In this document: in pieces, positions 19,790 to 29,237 of the stretch
Numbering within the stretch: position 1 is the stretch's first letter
Layout: every line of letters begins with the position of its first letter
Origin: an uncultured Bacteroidota bacterium
GTDB lineage: Bacteria; Bacteroidota; Bacteroidia; Chitinophagales; Chitinophagaceae
Length of the DNA stretch: 52,415 bases
Reading direction: 5' to 3'
NCBI GenBank assembly: GCA_903899675.1
Contig: CAIUKP010000056.1
Location: forward strand, 1 to 52,415
Position numbers and translations under genes: made by a program
Notes under the pieces: model-generated
Databases searched by the model: none
Seen by the model: only the letters and a program-made list of their open reading frames with translations
What the model was told of the DNA's origin: nothing

Positions 19790-20482
19790 ATCTCCCAACT
19801 GCGGGCGCATAATGATATCTTCTACCACAGCCGCCGGAGAAAGTTGCGCGGCTGCAACAATCATGTTGGCAACATCATCTGCTTGCATAATTCTTTCCGG
19901 TTGCACGCCCGACCCTTCCCAACTGTCACTCATGGTAGCCCCCGGGAACACACCGGTCACTTTGATGCCAGAGGTTTTCAGTTCTTCGCGCAGGTTTGCA
20001 TTAAATCCCGCTAGTGCATATTTGGTGATTCCATAACTACTCCCGAACGGGTATGCCCGTAGGGAAGCAATTGAACACATATTAAAAATATGTCCCCGAC
20101 CCTGTGCTTTCATTGCCGGTAACAAAGCGCGCGTAAGATGATACGCTGAATAGAGATTGATTTCCATCAACTTTTGTAAATTATCTGCGGGTTCATCGGA
20201 TATACTGCCCTGAATAAATAGTCCGGCATTATTCACCACCACATCCGGCACACCCTGTGTTAATACCCATTTTGCAAAGGCTTCTACGGCTTCTTTTTTT
20301 TGCAGATCCGCCACTTGTGCCGCAATATTACTATTGGGATACAGGGTTTGTAACTCACCCAGAGTTTGATACAAGGAAAATTCTCCTCGGCTGCAGATCC
20401 ATACATCATGCCCGGCTGCTGCAAAGCCATTGGCAATTGCCTTTCCAATTCCCTTAGATGCACCTGTGATAACTACTTTCAT
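19784..20482 (-). CDS. Short-chain dehydrogenase/reductase
   Basis: ITGASKGIG, NNAG, YGITK (YxxxK). Confidence 0.92.
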   Translation of the reverse strand: MKVVITGASKGIGKAIANGFAAAGHDVWICSRGEFSLYQTLGELQTLYPNSNIAAQVADLQKKEAVEAFAKWVLTQGVPDVVVNNAGLFIQGSISDEPADNLQKLMEINLYSAYHLTRALLPAMKAQGRGHIFNMCSIASLRAYPFGSSYGITKYALAGFNANLREELKTSGIKVTGVFPGATMSDSWEGSGVQPERIMQADDVANMIVAAAQLSPAAVVEDIIMRPQLGDL

Positions 20483-20565
20483 TTTTTCGGTAATGATTGA
20501 GCAACAAAGTTGCAGGTTTTTTGGCGATAACGAATAACTATCGGCCTAGGACTGTATTTTGCAGC

Positions 20566-21261
20566 ATGAAATACCGTCACCTATTTTTCGACCTCGACCA
20601 TACCCTTTGGGATTTTGAAACCAATTCAAAAGAATCGCTGCTGGATGTATTTACTTCCCTAGCACTCAAAGAAAGAGGCGTGCCGGATTTCGATAGTTTT
20701 TTTACACGCTATTCTTATCACAATCACCGCTTATGGGATAAATATACCCGGGGAGAAATTAAGCAGGATGAATTGCGATGGAAAAGAATGTGGCTGGCAT
20801 TGGTTGACGCTAAAATTGCCGACGAAGCACTGGCACGAAAAATGGCGGTAAATTTTTTAGAAGTACTTCCAACCAAAAAAAATTTATTTCCTTATACTAA
20901 AGAAATTCTTCAATACCTGTCCGAAAAAAATTATGCCCTACACCTGGTAACCAATGGTTTTGAACAGGTACAACATAATAAGCTGAAACACGCCAACCTT
21001 TCCGGATTTTTTCGGGTGGTAACCACTTCCGAAGCCAGCAATAGCCTAAAACCGCACAAAGAAATTTTTGAGCATGCCCTACGCGAAGCAGGAGCCCTAT
21101 CAAGTGAAAGTATTATGATAGGCGATAACCTAGAAGCAGATATTCAGGGAGGGATGAATGCCGGACTAGATACCGTTTTTGTAAATCATATTGGGGCTGT
21201 TGCGCATATAACCCCAACCTACACCATTACCCATTTACAACAGCTGGAAGATATTTTTTAA
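20566..21261 (+). CDS. yjjG: YjjG family noncanonical pyrimidine nucleotidase (HAD)
   Basis: FFDLDHTLWDF, TNGF, KP and GDNLEAD HAD motifs; start ATG 20566. Confidence 0.88.
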   Translation: MKYRHLFFDLDHTLWDFETNSKESLLDVFTSLALKERGVPDFDSFFTRYSYHNHRLWDKYTRGEIKQDELRWKRMWLALVDAKIADEALARKMAVNFLEVLPTKKNLFPYTKEILQYLSEKNYALHLVTNGFEQVQHNKLKHANLSGFFRVVTTSEASNSLKPHKEIFEHALREAGALSSESIMIGDNLEADIQGGMNAGLDTVFVNHIGAVAHITPTYTITHLQQLEDIF

Positions 21262-21266
21262 CGGGC

Positions 21267-21299
21267 AAAAAAAATCCCCTTCCGAAAACGGAAGAGGAT
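21267..21299 (-). terminator. Intrinsic terminator downstream of the small peptide gene
   Basis: Minus strand ATCCTCTTCCG-TTTT-CGGAAGGGGAT (one G-U pair) followed by a T run. Confidence 0.75.
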
Positions 21300-21320
21300 C
21301 TATGATCCATGCAAAATGGA

Positions 21321-21497
21321 TTAAGCTTTTTTAGCAGTTTTGGTAGCTGGAGTGGTTGTTTTCTTTTCGCCACCTTTTTTGCAACACTCTTTTTTACCAC
21401 AATCTTTCTTATCGCATTTTTTACCATCGCAGGCATTGGCAACACCCGTACCTAACAGTAAAAAGGCTGCAGTAGCTAAAACCAGTACTTTTTTCAT
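21321..21497 (-). CDS. Small secreted Cys/Lys-rich peptide, 58 aa (absent from the ORF track)
   Basis: Hand translation MKKVLVLATAAFLLLGTGVANACDGKKCDKKDCGKKECCKKGGEKKTTTPATKTAKKA; classic signal peptide, upstream TAACTTTA box (21521-21528, minus strand) and its own terminator. Confidence 0.8.
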   Translation of the reverse strand: MKKVLVLATAAFLLLGTGVANACDGKKCDKKDCGKKECCKKGGEKKTTTPATKTAKKA

Positions 21498-21574
21498 AAT
21501 ATATCTGTTTTAATGTAATATAAAGTTACGGAATTTTATGATACTTCGGCAAATCAGATTGTTAAATCGTACCG

Positions 21575-22231
21575 CTACCAAACCGCCAAAACAGTAACTC
21601 CGCCTTTAACTACTTGATTGATATTTACTTGCACCTGCGTACCCAAAGGCAACAAGATATCTACTCGGCTGCCAAACTTAATAAATCCGAATTCTTCTCC
21701 CTGCACAACCTGCTGACCTACCGGGGTATAATTGCATATTCTGCGAGCAAGTGCCCCTGCTATTTGCTTGTATAAAATTTCTCCTTTAGAGTGGCGAGTT
21801 ACTACCGACCAGCGCTCATTATCCGTTGAAGATTTAGGATGCCAGGCTACCAAATATTTACCGGGATGGTATTGATTATAAATTACCTCCCCCGATACCG
21901 GATTCCGGTTTACATGCACATTGGCAGGACTCATAAATATGCTTACCTGTATGCGCTTGTCTTTAAAATATTCTTCGTCTATTACTTCTTCAATCACCAC
22001 TACTTTCCCGTCGGCAGGACAAATAATTTTTCCGTCATTAATGGTCAAAGTGCGGGCGGGTATGCGGAAAAAAGATACCAAAAACAGAAAAAGTGCCAAC
22101 GTTAGAAAAAATATCAGCAAAGCCACATTGGGAAAAGAATCGCTTAGCAACGAAAAATTAGCCAGATTCAAAACGCCAAAAATGAGGGCAGCTATGGCAA
22201 TTGACATATATCCTTCCCGATGTATTCTCAT
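21575..22231 (-). CDS. psd: Phosphatidylserine decarboxylase proenzyme
   Basis: FFR.P, PADGKV, IFMSP.NVHVNR and FGSRVD cleavage motif. Confidence 0.93.
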   Translation of the reverse strand: MRIHREGYMSIAIAALIFGVLNLANFSLLSDSFPNVALLIFFLTLALFLFLVSFFRIPARTLTINDGKIICPADGKVVVIEEVIDEEYFKDKRIQVSIFMSPANVHVNRNPVSGEVIYNQYHPGKYLVAWHPKSSTDNERWSVVTRHSKGEILYKQIAGALARRICNYTPVGQQVVQGEEFGFIKFGSRVDILLPLGTQVQVNINQVVKGGVTVLAVW

Positions 22232-22296
22232 AGTAACCAATTAAGTTGTAAAGATAATTCGGATTGGGCAAATGGCGCACGTTGGTGCAATAACAA

Positions 22297-23169
22297 TTAC
22301 AACCCATACCAGCAATAGAAGCACAACCCCACGAGGGTAGCTGCAATTAACAACGAATCAAATCGATCTAAAAACCCTCCATGGCCTGGCATAATTTGTC
22401 CGCTATCCTTTACGCCCGCCATGCGTTTCAGCTTGCTTTCCAGCAAATCTCCCGCTGTTCCTGCAAGGGTAGTAAGGGTAGTGAGTACGATTACTGGTGC
22501 AGCCGCTAGCTGCAGTCGGGTAACGCCAAAAAAGGTAATTACGGTAACCGACAAAACGATGCCCCCCAGGGTTCCTTCTACGGTTTTTTTAGGAGAAATA
22601 GCCGACAAGGGAGTTTTACCAATTAATGAACCTACCAGATAAGCCATGGTATCATTTATCCATATAGCTGCAATAACCAGCAGGGGCATGGTAAGCGGAC
22701 TTTTACCCGGGAAAACCTGGTTCTGCATATTTCCATAAAGCAACATCATGCAAAAACAGGCTACAGAAATATATAAAAATCCACCGAGGGCATACAATGG
22801 GTAGCGATGGTTGAGGGTTTTGTTTCGCAGCCATTCATTTACCACAAACAATAATAAAGCGGCAAGGGTGATGGAGCCTCCCAGTTGCGATACGATTATT
22901 TCTCCTATTCGATATTCATCATTCACCCCCCAAAGCATAAAACCCCAACCGGCAAGCTGCATACTGTTATGATGGATGGAGTTCATCTTTGCATAAGATG
23001 GATCGATTTTCAATAGTAGCTGACGGTATTCGTACCAACAACCAAAATGAATCACTGAAAATAACAGTAGGTACGTTCCTTGATTCCAAAGCAAGCCTGT
23101 TAGCATAACTGCCACAAAAAAAACAGCCGTTATTGCGCGTGTTTTTAAAACCGAGAACTGTAAAGCCAT
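22297..23169 (-). CDS. cdsA: Phosphatidate cytidylyltransferase
   Basis: DT.AY..G, ISPKKT.EG and GDLLESKLKR...KDSG...PGHGGFLDRFDS signature. Confidence 0.95.
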   Translation of the reverse strand: MALQFSVLKTRAITAVFFVAVMLTGLLWNQGTYLLLFSVIHFGCWYEYRQLLLKIDPSYAKMNSIHHNSMQLAGWGFMLWGVNDEYRIGEIIVSQLGGSITLAALLLFVVNEWLRNKTLNHRYPLYALGGFLYISVACFCMMLLYGNMQNQVFPGKSPLTMPLLVIAAIWINDTMAYLVGSLIGKTPLSAISPKKTVEGTLGGIVLSVTVITFFGVTRLQLAAAPVIVLTTLTTLAGTAGDLLESKLKRMAGVKDSGQIMPGHGGFLDRFDSLLIAATLVGLCFYCWYGL

Positions 23170-23183
23170 AATCTGTCAGCGGT

Positions 23184-23390
23184 TTAATTTAGATGATTCC
23201 CGGCCAGAATCATTTCTGCTGCGGGCAAGCAGGTTTCCGGAACATATATTTCAGCATAGCCCATCAGATACGAACTGTCTTGCTTATTCAATACCTGAAC
23301 CGGCAAACCACTTTGTTCCAGTAACCCCTGTAATATGGAGGCTTCTGCGAGGTTACGGGTTTCAAATATCCTGACCCATTGCTGTGCCAT
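23184..23390 (-). CDS. DUF2007 putative signal-transducing small protein
   Basis: 68 aa, EA.ILQGLLE..G....LNKQDSSY...IYV pattern; sits in the cdsA operon. Confidence 0.75.
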   Translation of the reverse strand: MAQQWVRIFETRNLAEASILQGLLEQSGLPVQVLNKQDSSYLMGYAEIYVPETCLPAAEMILAGNHLN

Positions 23391-24324
23391 CTTTTGGTTG
23401 ATTTATAGTAAAAAGTGAGGGGGGATTTTTCCAATACTTAGCACTTGCCCGATTGAATTGCCTGAAAAGTCCCACCAAAACAAATATCGCCATCAGGCCC
23501 CACCAAAATGGCATTTTCTCATCCATTACTTTTTCAATAGATTTACCCGATAGGCCCGCAGTGTATAATTGAATTACAATTAATGCATTGTTTAAAAAAT
23601 GAAAGAAGATATTGAGCCAGAGATTCTTTCCATAATAATACACCAACCCCAATAAAGCCCCCAATGCTATTCGAGGTATGAATCCATAATAAGAAAAATG
23701 TATCGCACTAAACAGAACGGCGGTAATCAATATGCCCCAGAATGGACTACGAGTTAATCCGATAAAGATGGGTTGAAATCCTGCACGGAAAAGTAGTTCC
23801 TCGAACAGTGCCGGTGCCGCCGCAACAGTGAGTAGGGTAAAAATAAAATGAAGAAAAGTAGGCATATAGGCCATCGCCATCACGGCTTTCATATATTCAT
23901 TTTCCATGGCCCTTGCTTGTATAGCCCAGCTTTTGGGTAAGGGTATTTGTTCATTGAGTTCGGCTAGGGATCCCGCCAGTAAAATGGAGGCAAGGGTTAT
24001 AAGGACTACAATACCAAATTGACGTATCTGAACTTGTGTATTAAATCCCAGTTGCTGATAGGGTTGTCGACTAATCATATTTGCCAGAACCACAGAAGGC
24101 AATCCAAAATTAATAGCAGTAACCACGTTAATAATCAATCTTGAGGCATTGGCATTCTCTTTCTGCGCCATAATCGCAGGCAGCGCAGATAGCGGAACGT
24201 GAAAAAAGATTTGACCCATCACAAAATATACCAAACCGCTCAATATAAAACATCCGCCGGTAAGCGCCAGCAGCAGGGCCAATTGAGAAGGATATTTATC
24301 AATAAGTCTCTTAGGGTATATCAT
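23362..24324 (-). CDS. CPBP (CAAX protease/Abi) family intramembrane metalloprotease
   Basis: EELLFR, FSAIH and HFLNN motifs; multi-TM; start ATG 24324. Confidence 0.9.
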   Translation of the reverse strand: MIYPKRLIDKYPSQLALLLALTGGCFILSGLVYFVMGQIFFHVPLSALPAIMAQKENANASRLIINVVTAINFGLPSVVLANMISRQPYQQLGFNTQVQIRQFGIVVLITLASILLAGSLAELNEQIPLPKSWAIQARAMENEYMKAVMAMAYMPTFLHFIFTLLTVAAAPALFEELLFRAGFQPIFIGLTRSPFWGILITAVLFSAIHFSYYGFIPRIALGALLGLVYYYGKNLWLNIFFHFLNNALIVIQLYTAGLSGKSIEKVMDEKMPFWWGLMAIFVLVGLFRQFNRASAKYWKNPPSLFTINQPKDGTAMGQDI

Positions 24325-24342
24325 ACAAATAGGGTAACACCT

Positions 24343-24350
24343 TACCTTTG
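24343..24350 (+). promoter_or_regulatory. -7 promoter element for dusB
   Basis: TACCTTTG in the divergent intergenic region. Confidence 0.5.
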
Positions 24351-24402
24351 CAAATTCGGTGTAAGATAAGCATGTTTTATTTCTCAAGTGATTTCACCCC
24401 CC

Positions 24403-25440
24403 ATGGTTACCATAGACAAAATACAACTCCCTGATTTTCCGCTTCTCCTGGCGCCTATGGAAGACGTGAGCGACCCGCCATTCCGGGCGGTTTGTAAGCA
24501 CAATGGAGCCGACCTGATGTATACCGAATTCATCAGCAGCGAGGGGCTTATCCGAAATGCCCTGAAAAGCCGGCAAAAGCTGGATATTTTTGAGGAAGAA
24601 CGTCCAGTAGGCATCCAGATTTTCGGGGGAGACGAAGAAGCAATGGCCCTAAGTGCCGCCATTGTAGAAACGGTTAATCCCGACCTGCTCGATATTAATT
24701 TTGGTTGTCCGGTAAAAAAAGTAGTCACCAAAGGGGCCGGAGCAGGCGTTTTAAAGGATATCGACCTGATGATCTCCCTTACGCGCGCCGTTGTAAAAGG
24801 CACCCAACTGCCGGTAACCGTAAAAACTCGGCTGGGATGGGACGAGCAGAGCAAAAACATTGTAGAAGTAGCCGAGCGCTTGCAGGATGTAGGCATCAAA
24901 GCCCTTGCTATCCATGGCCGCACCCGCTCGCAAATGTATAAAGGCCAGGCAGACTGGTCGCTGATAGCCGAAGTAAAAAACAATCCCCGCATCCATATTC
25001 CCATTTTTGGTAATGGAGATATTGATAGTCCACAAAAAGCGTTGGAATATAAAAACAGGTATGGCGTAGATGGCATCATGATTGGGCGCGCAGCCATTGG
25101 CTATCCCTGGATTTTTCGGGAGATCAAACACTACCTGCATACCGGAGAACTGATGGCACCCCCAACCTTAGAAGAGCGCATTGAAGTTTGCCGCAACCAT
25201 TTGCGTAAATCCCTAGAGTGGAAGGGCCCCATGGTGGGTATTTTTGAGATGAGACGGCATTATGCCAATTACCTAAAGGGGCTTCCCAATATCAAAGAAT
25301 TCCGAGGCAGACTGGTTACCTTAATGACGGAAGAAGAAATCGTAGCCGTTTTGGATGAAGTGTATCGAACCTATCAGGGATATACTTTTGAGCATTCACC
25401 GATTGAGTTGATAAACTATCATGAAAAGTGTCCGGTATAA
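24403..25440 (+). CDS. dusB: tRNA-dihydrouridine synthase B
   Basis: LAPMEDVSD, DINFGCP, TVKTRLGWD, HGRT, NGDI, MIGR. Confidence 0.93.
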   Translation: MVTIDKIQLPDFPLLLAPMEDVSDPPFRAVCKHNGADLMYTEFISSEGLIRNALKSRQKLDIFEEERPVGIQIFGGDEEAMALSAAIVETVNPDLLDINFGCPVKKVVTKGAGAGVLKDIDLMISLTRAVVKGTQLPVTVKTRLGWDEQSKNIVEVAERLQDVGIKALAIHGRTRSQMYKGQADWSLIAEVKNNPRIHIPIFGNGDIDSPQKALEYKNRYGVDGIMIGRAAIGYPWIFREIKHYLHTGELMAPPTLEERIEVCRNHLRKSLEWKGPMVGIFEMRRHYANYLKGLPNIKEFRGRLVTLMTEEEIVAVLDEVYRTYQGYTFEHSPIELINYHEKCPV

Positions 25441-25454
25441 AGTTCGCTTTGATG

Positions 25455-26111
25455 CTATTGCTGAATAGCCGTCACCACCTCATCTGATAAAGGAGAAACA
25501 GAGGGCGAGAAAAAATGGGTAAGCACTCCCTCTTTATTAATCACGTATTTACTAAAATTCCAAACAGGGGCTTTATTGCACCATCCATTTTTGGCAGCAT
25601 CAGATAACCATTGAAAAGCCGGATGTTGAGTGCTTCCCTTCACCACACTGGTTTTACCCATCAACGGGAAACTTACTCCGTAATTAACTTTACAAAAGTT
25701 GGCAATATCCGCATCATTTCCTTTTTCCTGTTGCTTAAAATCATTCGCCGGGAAGGCAAGAATTATTAAGTCTTTGTGCAACTGATGCAATTTTTCCAAC
25801 TCCTCGTATTGCCCCGTATATCCACAGTCGCTGGCAGTATTCACTACCAAAACGGTTTTCCCCTTCAATTCGCTGAAAGCCATTTCGCTGCCATCATTCC
25901 GTTTAGCTTGCAGTGAATAAAAAGATACCGATGGCTGCCTGGCATCCTCGTTTTTTAGTCGGTTTTGCTGGCTGGGAAACCATTTTTCTTTCAAGGTAAG
26001 CAAAGGGTATCCTACCCGAAGAATGGATTGTCGCCACGTCATGTCTTTTCTTTTAATTATATAAAGGGCTGCTGCAACTATTATCAACAACACTCCAATC
26101 TTTCTGATCAT
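25455..26111 (-). CDS. Glutathione peroxidase family protein with N-terminal membrane anchor
   Basis: VNTASDCGYT (Cys, no Sec), FPANDF and WNFSKY motifs. Confidence 0.92.
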   Translation of the reverse strand: MIRKIGVLLIIVAAALYIIKRKDMTWRQSILRVGYPLLTLKEKWFPSQQNRLKNEDARQPSVSFYSLQAKRNDGSEMAFSELKGKTVLVVNTASDCGYTGQYEELEKLHQLHKDLIILAFPANDFKQQEKGNDADIANFCKVNYGVSFPLMGKTSVVKGSTQHPAFQWLSDAAKNGWCNKAPVWNFSKYVINKEGVLTHFFSPSVSPLSDEVVTAIQQ

Positions 26112-26149
26112 ACTTTATCTATTTATACCAGCAGCCTTTTCAAAGCGCA

Positions 26150-27520
26150 CTAGCCGATTAATTTTTTCAGCAACCATAATTTACCCTTAAAAGGAGGATA
26201 CTTCATAGCAGGGTCGAACCAGGTGGGCGTTCGCATTACGGATTTATAGTGGGAGAAAACAGCAAAGCTCTGTTTTCCATGATAACTTCCAATGCCGCTA
26301 TTGCCAACACCCCCAAAAGGTAAATCCATATTGGAAAGATGTAGATTAGCATTGTTTACACAAGCACCTCCCGCTGGAACCGCATCGAGCCATTCGCGGG
26401 CAGTGTTTTTCGATTCGGTAAACACATAAAAAGCAAGTGGATTCGGATTGCGCGCTATAACTGATTTTGCCTGTTCGCGGGTGCTATATGGAATCAGCGG
26501 CAACACGGGGCCAAATATTTCATCGCTCATTACAGGCGCATCCAGCGAAACATCCGAAAGCAGGGTAGGCTCAATATATAAATCATCTCGCTGGGTTTTG
26601 CCCCCACTTAACAAAGTACCTGAATGCAGATAACTGCTAATCCGGTCGAATTGCTTTTGATTGATGATTCTTCCATACTCCGAGGAGTTGGCAACATCCT
26701 CTCCGTAAAATTTATGGATACATTTGGTAACTTCTTCTGCAAAAGGCTTCAATAAATTTTCAGGTACCAACACATAGTCGGGTGCTACACAGGTTTGACC
26801 CGCATTCATAAATTTGGCAAGGGTAATTCTACGCGCTGATACAGCAAGGTTGGCATCATTTTCAATTACAGCAGGGCTCTTCCCACCCAATTCTAGGGTT
26901 ACAGGAACTAATTTGTCGGCTGCCAGTTGATAAATGATTCTCCCTACATGGGTGCTGCCGGTATAGAAAACATGGTCGAACCGGAATTCCTTCATCATAT
27001 CCGGAATTACTGCAGCGCCATCACCTTCAACAAACAAAACATATTCGGGGGGGAATACTTGCTTAATAATTCTACCCACTACCTCGGCAGTAGCAGGCGC
27101 AAACTCACTGGGCTTTACTACTGCACAATTACCCGCGGCAATGGCTCCGATTAGGGGAGTTAATAAAAGTTGGAAGGGATAGTTCCAGGGAGCAATGATT
27201 AAAACCACACCCAGTGGCTCTTTCCGAATATAGCTCCGGGAAGGCAGGTTAAACAGGTTAGTAGGAACCCCCTCCGGTGCCATCCATTCTTTCAGGTTGC
27301 GAAGGGTCACTTTCAACTCCTCAAGGGTAAATCCGTTTTCACTGGCATAGGCTTCCTCCCGACTCTTTTTCAGGTCGGCAGCAAGGGCCTTGTATATGTC
27401 TTCTTCGTGCGACTCAATTGCTCGCTGTAAAGACTGCAACTGCTGTTTACGAAATGCGTAGGGCTGGGTAATGCCTGATTCAAAATATCTACGCATATCA
27501 TTCAATGAAGTAAGTTCCAT
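26150..27520 (-). CDS. Aldehyde dehydrogenase (ALDH3-like)
   Basis: PWNYP, KPSE, YTGS, LELGGKSP, GQTCVAPD, EIFGP; start ATG 27520. Confidence 0.93.
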   Translation of the reverse strand: MELTSLNDMRRYFESGITQPYAFRKQQLQSLQRAIESHEEDIYKALAADLKKSREEAYASENGFTLEELKVTLRNLKEWMAPEGVPTNLFNLPSRSYIRKEPLGVVLIIAPWNYPFQLLLTPLIGAIAAGNCAVVKPSEFAPATAEVVGRIIKQVFPPEYVLFVEGDGAAVIPDMMKEFRFDHVFYTGSTHVGRIIYQLAADKLVPVTLELGGKSPAVIENDANLAVSARRITLAKFMNAGQTCVAPDYVLVPENLLKPFAEEVTKCIHKFYGEDVANSSEYGRIINQKQFDRISSYLHSGTLLSGGKTQRDDLYIEPTLLSDVSLDAPVMSDEIFGPVLPLIPYSTREQAKSVIARNPNPLAFYVFTESKNTAREWLDAVPAGGACVNNANLHLSNMDLPFGGVGNSGIGSYHGKQSFAVFSHYKSVMRTPTWFDPAMKYPPFKGKLWLLKKLIG

Positions 27521-27690
27521 ATACACTCTTTTACTACACAAGTTAACAAATATGGCGTGAGTTAGTGCTACCTAACCTTGTCTTATAAAAAAACAACCAT
27601 TCTAGGTAAGTAAATAATCACAATCTGTTCTGATTTTTAGATAAAATAGTTACATTCATACCTCTAAAAACTGTTTAATTGTTTCGCCCC

Positions 27691-29157
27691 ATGAAAAAGA
27701 AAAATTTACCCGCCAATGCCCAGCCCGATTCCCGCAGGGGGTTTATTAAAAATGCAGCCCTGGCAGCTGCCGGATTTTACATTGTACCCCGACATGTGCT
27801 AGGTCGTGGATTTTTAGCCCCCAGTGATAAACTAATCGTTGCAGGTGTAGGTGCCGGAGGAAAAGGAGAAAGCGATCTGTGGAATTTTTATCAGAGCGGA
27901 AAAGCCGAAATTGGATTTTTGTGCGATGTAGATTCCCGTCAAACCGCCAAAAGCCTTTCGCGTTATCCAAAAGCCAAAGTTTATACGGATTACCGTGAAA
28001 TGCTGGATAAGGAGCATAAAAACTTTGATGCCGTTTCTGTTTCCATTCCCGATCATATGCATGCGGTGGTGGCAATGGGCGCCATGCAATTGAACAAACA
28101 TGTGTATGTTCAAAAACCACTAACCCACGATATTTACGAAGCCCGCGTATTAACAAAAGCCGCCCACGATTATAAAGTAGTTACCCAAATGGGTAACCAG
28201 GGTGCATCCGGAGATGGTGTTCGTCAACTGCAAGACTGGTACAATGCTGGTATTATTGGGGATGTACATACCATTTACTGCTATACCGACCGACCAGTAT
28301 GGCCTCAGGGCATTCCCTGGTCGAAAGAAAAACCACCGGTGCCTGCAGGGCTCGATTGGAATCTGTGGTTAGGCACTGCCCCTTACCGGGATTATGTAGA
28401 CAAACTCATTCCTTTTAACTGGAGAGGCTGGTGGGATTACGGTACCGGTGCGTTGGGTGATATGGCTTGTCATATTATGGCTCCTGCATTTGCAGTATTA
28501 GGCCTGGGCTATCCGATTTCTGCCGAGTGCAGTGTTGCTACCCCTTATGTTGAAAACTGGACGAGGGGATTTTATCCTGATTCCGGTCCGGTATCTTCTT
28601 ACATCACCCTAACTTTTAAAGGTGAAAATGGCAAACCGGATGTAAAATTACATTGGATGGATGGCGGCATGCAACCAGTACGCCCCGAAGAACTGGGTCC
28701 GAATGAAATGATGGGCGACGGCGGTAATGGTGCCATATTTCTGGGAACCAAGGGAAAAATGATGTGTGGCACTTATGGCGTAATGCCGAAATTATTGCCC
28801 ACTTCCCGCACTGCCGAAATGAAAGTTCCCCAAACAGTGGCACGCGTGCCCAAGGGAGACAATGGACACTATGCTGCCTGGGTAGAAGCTGCGCTGGATG
28901 GATATGGCAGCGAAAAATCAAATAACCTGAGCTCTAAGTTTGATATCGCCGGACCACTAACAGAAAGTGTATTGATGGGAAATCTCGCTATCAGAAGCTA
29001 TTTCGTAGCTAGAAAAGATTCGAAAGGCAGAGAGTCTTATCCCGGCAGAAACATCAAGCTGATGTGGGATGGTCCGAACATGCGAATCACCAATTTTGAT
29101 GAAGCCAATCAGTTTGTAAAACGTACGTATAGAGAAGGTTGGAGTTTGGGCGTATAA
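27691..29157 (+). CDS. Tat-exported Gfo/Idh/MocA oxidoreductase (putative glycoside 3-dehydrogenase, BT2158-like)
   Basis: SRRGFIK Tat motif, GAGGKG, PDHMH, QKP, GTGALGDMACH. Confidence 0.88.
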   Translation: MKKKNLPANAQPDSRRGFIKNAALAAAGFYIVPRHVLGRGFLAPSDKLIVAGVGAGGKGESDLWNFYQSGKAEIGFLCDVDSRQTAKSLSRYPKAKVYTDYREMLDKEHKNFDAVSVSIPDHMHAVVAMGAMQLNKHVYVQKPLTHDIYEARVLTKAAHDYKVVTQMGNQGASGDGVRQLQDWYNAGIIGDVHTIYCYTDRPVWPQGIPWSKEKPPVPAGLDWNLWLGTAPYRDYVDKLIPFNWRGWWDYGTGALGDMACHIMAPAFAVLGLGYPISAECSVATPYVENWTRGFYPDSGPVSSYITLTFKGENGKPDVKLHWMDGGMQPVRPEELGPNEMMGDGGNGAIFLGTKGKMMCGTYGVMPKLLPTSRTAEMKVPQTVARVPKGDNGHYAAWVEAALDGYGSEKSNNLSSKFDIAGPLTESVLMGNLAIRSYFVARKDSKGRESYPGRNIKLMWDGPNMRITNFDEANQFVKRTYREGWSLGV

Positions 29158-29185
29158 CCGAAATTTCAATCCTACTTTCACCACA

Positions 29186-29221
29186 AAAAAAATACCACTC
29201 AAAATTGAGTGGTATTTTTTT
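29186..29221. terminator. Bidirectional intrinsic terminator
   Basis: Perfect inverted repeat AAAAAAATACCACTCAA / TTGAGTGGTATTTTTTT between convergent genes. Confidence 0.9.
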
Positions 29222-29237
29222 ATACAGTTATGTAACA

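Noticed and set aside
21227-21445. 72-aa Lys-rich ORF from the track
   Set aside because: Alternative frame overlapping the better-supported 58-aa signal-peptide ORF; it runs through the terminator into yjjG
24384-25097. 237-aa antisense ORF
   Set aside because: Lies almost entirely opposite dusB; typical antisense shadow with no motifs
25455-26111. Possible selenocysteine in the glutathione peroxidase
   Set aside because: The active-site residue is an ordinary Cys and there is no in-frame TGA
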